DNA from: Octopus bimaculoides
Lineage: Eukaryota
Assembly (NCBI RefSeq): GCF_001194135.2
Contig: NC_068989.1
Coordinates: 56,491,554-56,548,713, forward strand
Direction: 5' to 3'
DNA length: 57,160 nucleotides
Made by a program: the position numbers and the translations under genes. This document shows positions 52,500 to 57,160 of the stretch, in pieces. The notes beneath the pieces are model-generated. The model worked only from the letters and a program-made list of their open reading frames with translations, ran no database searches and was not told the DNA's origin. How positions within the stretch are numbered: the stretch's first letter is position 1; each line of letters begins with the position of its first letter.

Positions 52500-54900
52500 A
52501 AAATCTGAAGTCTTTTTGATCAATGAGAGATGTAACCACAATATACATTAAATTAGCAATAAAAGGGGTTATGACAAATCACTAGAAACTTCATTTGATT
52601 TTATTTACATTTCCTTTCCAGAAGTATAATCTGCGATCCCTTCAGATTAGGTTATTTTACGCTTTGCAATTCCTTGCAATCAATATACGAACTCACTGCA
52701 CTGACTCCCCCATAAAATGAACACGGCAATTTTAATTTGATTTAAACATGTCAACAAAGATAATCATTTTAAGCTCCATTTCTTCATTACTTTTCGTTCG
52801 AAATTCTTCGATGTCCGCTATTTAAACACTTTTCTTTCATCTAGGAAGAAAGAATGAAGGAGGGGTTCGGAATGTCAAGCTCGTATACTTATAGGTCATT
52901 AATATGTCCTGCATTTAAATATATTTATTACAGATACGTTAATATATTCAAGACGGGATATATTAAGATCTCTTCAAAATTTACCCAAGTGTTTCGTTAT
53001 CCAAATCGAAAATAATGGGAGAAAATTTGGCTCTATCGCAGAATATCCGAGCAAAATGAGTTCACGAAAAGTGCATTCAAGAAAGTATTATAAATATTCA
53101 TTCAGTTTCTATAATAAAATTAATATAACAAAAACTATTAGTATTGTAAACTTTCACACAATGTTTTTAATACAGATGATGGCTAGGTTCCTAAACGTAA
53201 GCAGATAAACTTGTTTGCATGTTGAATATTGTCATCCTTAAAAATAAAAGCAGTCGCATTTTAAATTTTGGCGGATCTTAAGATACGTCACATAGAAAGT
53301 ACTTCCTTTAAGTTAGATTTACGTTGTTTATTGCTTTTTAGATAAACGTAATCGTTGTAATTTCTCTTTTTAAACCAGGCCTTCGAATTTCAAGTAGATT
53401 ATGATAATTATCAATCACGATAATGTCACTGGATTTTGTATCGGATCGTAATGTCAATACCAGAACCGTGTAGTGCGTATGTAGTGAGCTGATGGTAATG
53501 AACTGGCATTTTACAATGCAGCTGATGTTGTTATGGATACTTTGAAACACTACTATTGATCTGTGAAGGATTTGGAGGATTCAGTTGTGTCAGTGCTTAT
53601 ACATTTGTTACATCATAGTAGGAAGGAAGGATAGTTCGGAACGACAGAGCTCGTATGGTGTTTAAATATCAACTTAACGCCACTGCAGAAGATTTATGAG
53701 ATATTGCATTAAGGAAGTTAGTTCGCATCGGCGAAAGCGATGAAATGTTGTTGGATGAGTCGTTCACGTTGAAACAAATTTATTAAATAATGAAAGTATT
53801 ATGTCCCTTTATTCATTTACTTGTGTTTTTGTTAATTTTAAAATTATTAGAAAAAGAATGTTCACTTTCTGTTTGTACATTCTTAGCCCGTCCCAATTTT
53901 ATTGAAAATAGTCCTTCTGAATTTCTTACAATTTGCCTAAGAACGATTACAAATATTAAGCGAAATAGAATTTCAATTTTTCAGAAAGCAAAATCGTTCA
54001 TTATTAATGTTTTCATACTTTCGCTCGGCTTCTCTCGGAAAATGTTTAATTTAGCTCCATTAGAACACGATTTTGGAATTCTTTCCATCTAGTCGGGATA
54101 TTTAAGATCTGCGAACATTAAGGGAGAAATCGAACTTTGAAATATCGAAGCAATCAAGAGAAACAATTATATATTCGTTCCAGTACAAGGAAAACCCCAA
54201 ATAGAATGTACTGTGAAACAATTAACGGTGACATACGAGATAAATAATCTACAAGTCAATATTTACGTTATTTCCACACACATAAAATACTAATTAAACA
54301 TTACTTCTAAATATTATATGGATGACTATTACATGTAGGAACATGTCCAGATACACTGTCGTTTCATAAGCTACGTTTAAACACTCCTTACATATTTTTT
54401 CGCACAAAACATGAATGAATGCGGAAGATTTATGAAACGCTTATTTTGGCGGCTTTTAAAAAAAGCCAACCATGTCAATTGTCAAAGTCACATTTTTACC
54501 AAACTAACACAATGAAAAAGTCGATTCATTTACTATCAGATCGCTTATGTTCAGTACGAGAGATCAGTTAATATTGTTACAACTCACCTCAATAAATATT
54601 TTAGGCCTAAATATTTATTAGAGCAATTTTTGTAAACACTTGTCCGTCTCTACCGCCATAGAGATCACGTGGTTAACGGTGTAATATGAAAGAAGTCTTC
54701 TATAAATAAAATGCACCTGGAATTTTAAATGCCATAAGGGGGATAAATGCCTTTAATGTCCGCAGCATTTCCGGTTTAGTTGCCCAAATAAGAAAGTTAA
54801 AAATATTAAACTCCAGACATATTCAGAATATGTATAAATTTCTTTCTCTTTGGGGGCAAAAACAAACAGACAATATGAAATTATGTCTTTAGGTCCTAAC
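52500..54900. promoter_or_regulatory. CpG-retaining, SINE-poor region; probable promoter, with a candidate SMC6 non-coding first exon ending at 54588 (minus)
   Basis: CpG is visibly much more frequent than in the flanks (judged by eye, not computed). Minus-strand GAG|gtgagt donor at 54588/54587; CACGTG 54666-54671; CCGGAAAT (ETS-like) 54767-54774; ATGGCGG (YY1-like) at 54659. Confidence 0.5.
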
Positions 54901-56337
54901 TAAATCCCCAAGGTACAACATTTTCAAATGACCTTGAACGAATTGCAGGCAAGGTGTTCAATGTGTGCATACTGATTTTCACTTTAGGACAGATCTTACT
55001 AAACAACATTCAGCATCCTGATAATTCATAGCTTTGAAAGTGCCCCCCCCCCCATCATCGCTGCCTGACTTTTCAGGAGAATGTCCTACTGGTCCAAGTT
55101 TTTCCACTCAACCATCTGGAATTGGAGCATAAAACAAGCACTCAGGAGTATAATGAGGGCTGTTTGACCCACCCAGAAGTATCAAGAAAAAATAAATTTC
55201 TTTCCTTCTGTCATTTTTTTATTTGCTGCAGTCATTGGATAACAGCCATGATGGTGCATTGCCATGAATGATTTAGTTGAACAAATCAACCTGGTACTTC
55301 TTTTTTTTTTCATGTTTTGTACTTATTCAATCAGTCTCTTATGCTGCATCTCTAAGTTACATGGATGTAAACAAACCAAGGTTGTGTGTGTGTGGGGGGG
55401 GGGGTTAAAAAACAACATACATACACACACAGCAGGCTTCCATACAGTTTCCATCTGCTAAATTTACTCACAGGGCATTGATTAACCTGGGGCTATAGTA
55501 GGAGACACTTGCCCTAGGTTCCACACAATTGAACTGAACCAAAACCCAACAGTTGCAAAGTGAGCTTTGTAACTGTACAGCCATGCCCACATATCTGTAA
55601 TATTATAGATTTTCCTTGTTCATACTTCATTTTAAAATCTATGCCAGCTTATCATAATCATTTTCTGCCCTTACCATATATATATAGAACAAATTCCATC
55701 AGTTTGTTTATATTTTGGAATGCGTTCACTGAGGAAGGTCTACGTAAAGCATGTATTTCCTATTATATATTGCACTATGATCTGAAACATGCATATTAAG
55801 TGCTTTCTGAATATTATTCTTTGGTGTGGCATCATTATTATAACTTCATCATCATCACCTTGTTGAGCTTAATGCAGTGATGAAAATTCCCATCCATTGG
55901 GTTCCCAGTGTGTGGATAGGGGAATGGTCTATAGTTATAAAGGTTAACTGCATATACACAACAAGCAATCCCAGGCAAAATCACATGTTGCCATTTGGCA
56001 AGGCATAGCACCTGTTAGCCATCCTGCCAGGGTCATAGTGAAATCTTGAAGCCCTGAAAAGAGTAGAAATGCTACTATCACTGGAAAGAAGGATGGTATT
56101 AAAGAATGAAGTGCAAAGCATAAGAAATTCTTTGTCTTTAGATTTCTTCCCACTTTGCAGAAGAAATTATACTTTCATGAATCTTAGCCTGGGAAACCCT
56201 TCAGTTTGACTGATTCTGCAATTGCTTATAGGACCTGCAACCATAGGCAAGAAATTAGCAATTGAAAGACATTATCTCTCTCTCCCTCTCTCTCTCTTTC
56301 ACACACACACACACACACATTCTCTCTCTCTCGCCTG

Positions 56338-56371
<34 letters not shown>

Positions 56372-57160
56372 TGCACATATTTACTTGCTGGGTCTGGAGG
56401 GAGGAGTAGTGCCCATGGTCCCCACACTCTCTCCTAGATCAGTGAGATTTATGCCATTAATGTTCCTCTTAAACTTTTATCAGTTAACATCTGTGGAAGA
56501 TACATAAGCAAGGAAGAAAAGGGTAAAGATAAAGCAAGGAGAGACAGAGGTAAAGATTAGTTCAGAACCTGGAGTGAGTGGGTTGTTCATTAGTGAAATA
56601 ATATTCCATTAAACTCCTTTGATCTACAGGTTCTAGAACCAACATTGACACAAAATATAAAAAAAAGAGGTATCTTTGATAAATGTTTATAGGTGAAGGA
56701 GGTAAGAAGCTTATTTCTGAACCACATGGTTCCAGGTTCAGTCTCACTACATGACCCCTTCAGCAACAGACTTTTACTACAGCCCAAGTCAACAAAAGCT
56801 TTATGAGTGGATTTGAGAGACAGAAATTGAAAGAAGCCCATGTATGTATATATATATATATATATAATACAGAATGGGACAAGAACGCAAAACATCCAGA
56901 CAGTTAGGTGATACAAGAAAGGGACAAAACATCCAGATAGACGATACAAAGAAAACATGGACAGGTCATTCAGAGTTTTCTTTCTTCAGTCGAGATCCAG
57001 ATTATCCTTGCAATTTCGGCTGGTTATTCTCGATATTGCTCCAATCTGGCCAGCCCCAAGGAAAAACTAAGCTAAGAGCATTAGATTCCTTGGAAGAATG
57101 TATACAAAAACGAGGATGGAAAAAAACCAACAATGTTACACAAATACAGTAAGAATAATA

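Noticed and set aside
53378-53560. Plus-strand exon-like segment (tttttaaaccag acceptor, gtatgt donor) with protein-like text DGNELAFYNAADVVMDTLKHYY
   Set aside because: Stops in all three frames, no recognisable family and no partner exons.

Overview
AT-rich, repeat-saturated animal genomic DNA. The SINE/LINE/microsatellite landscape suggests an octopus or other coleoid cephalopod (inference). The window holds the 5' half of one large intron-rich gene on the minus strand, SMC6 (SMC5/6 complex ATPase). I traced 13 coding exons from the ATG at 39169 to 1895 (1761 nt, 587 codons). All have GT-AG boundaries, their phases chain without a break, and they cover Walker A, the Q-loop, the first coiled coil and the start of the hinge; the gene continues off the left edge. 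A CpG-retaining region at about 52.5-54.9 kb looks like the promoter, with a candidate non-coding first exon. The introns are filled with tRNA-derived SINEs, RTE, CR1/L2-like and R4/Dong-like LINE remnants, Penelope-like (PLE) remnants, decayed mariner (DD34D) and maT (DD37D) transposons, MITEs, microsatellites and five N gaps. The most unusual signals are structural: an inverted duplication bracketing exon 5, a near-perfect 230-bp-arm hairpin, a nested fold-back carrying hammerhead-ribozyme-like motifs, and a SINE array with a recurring non-microsatellite linker. I cannot claim a new biological system from the sequence alone; these are testable candidates.
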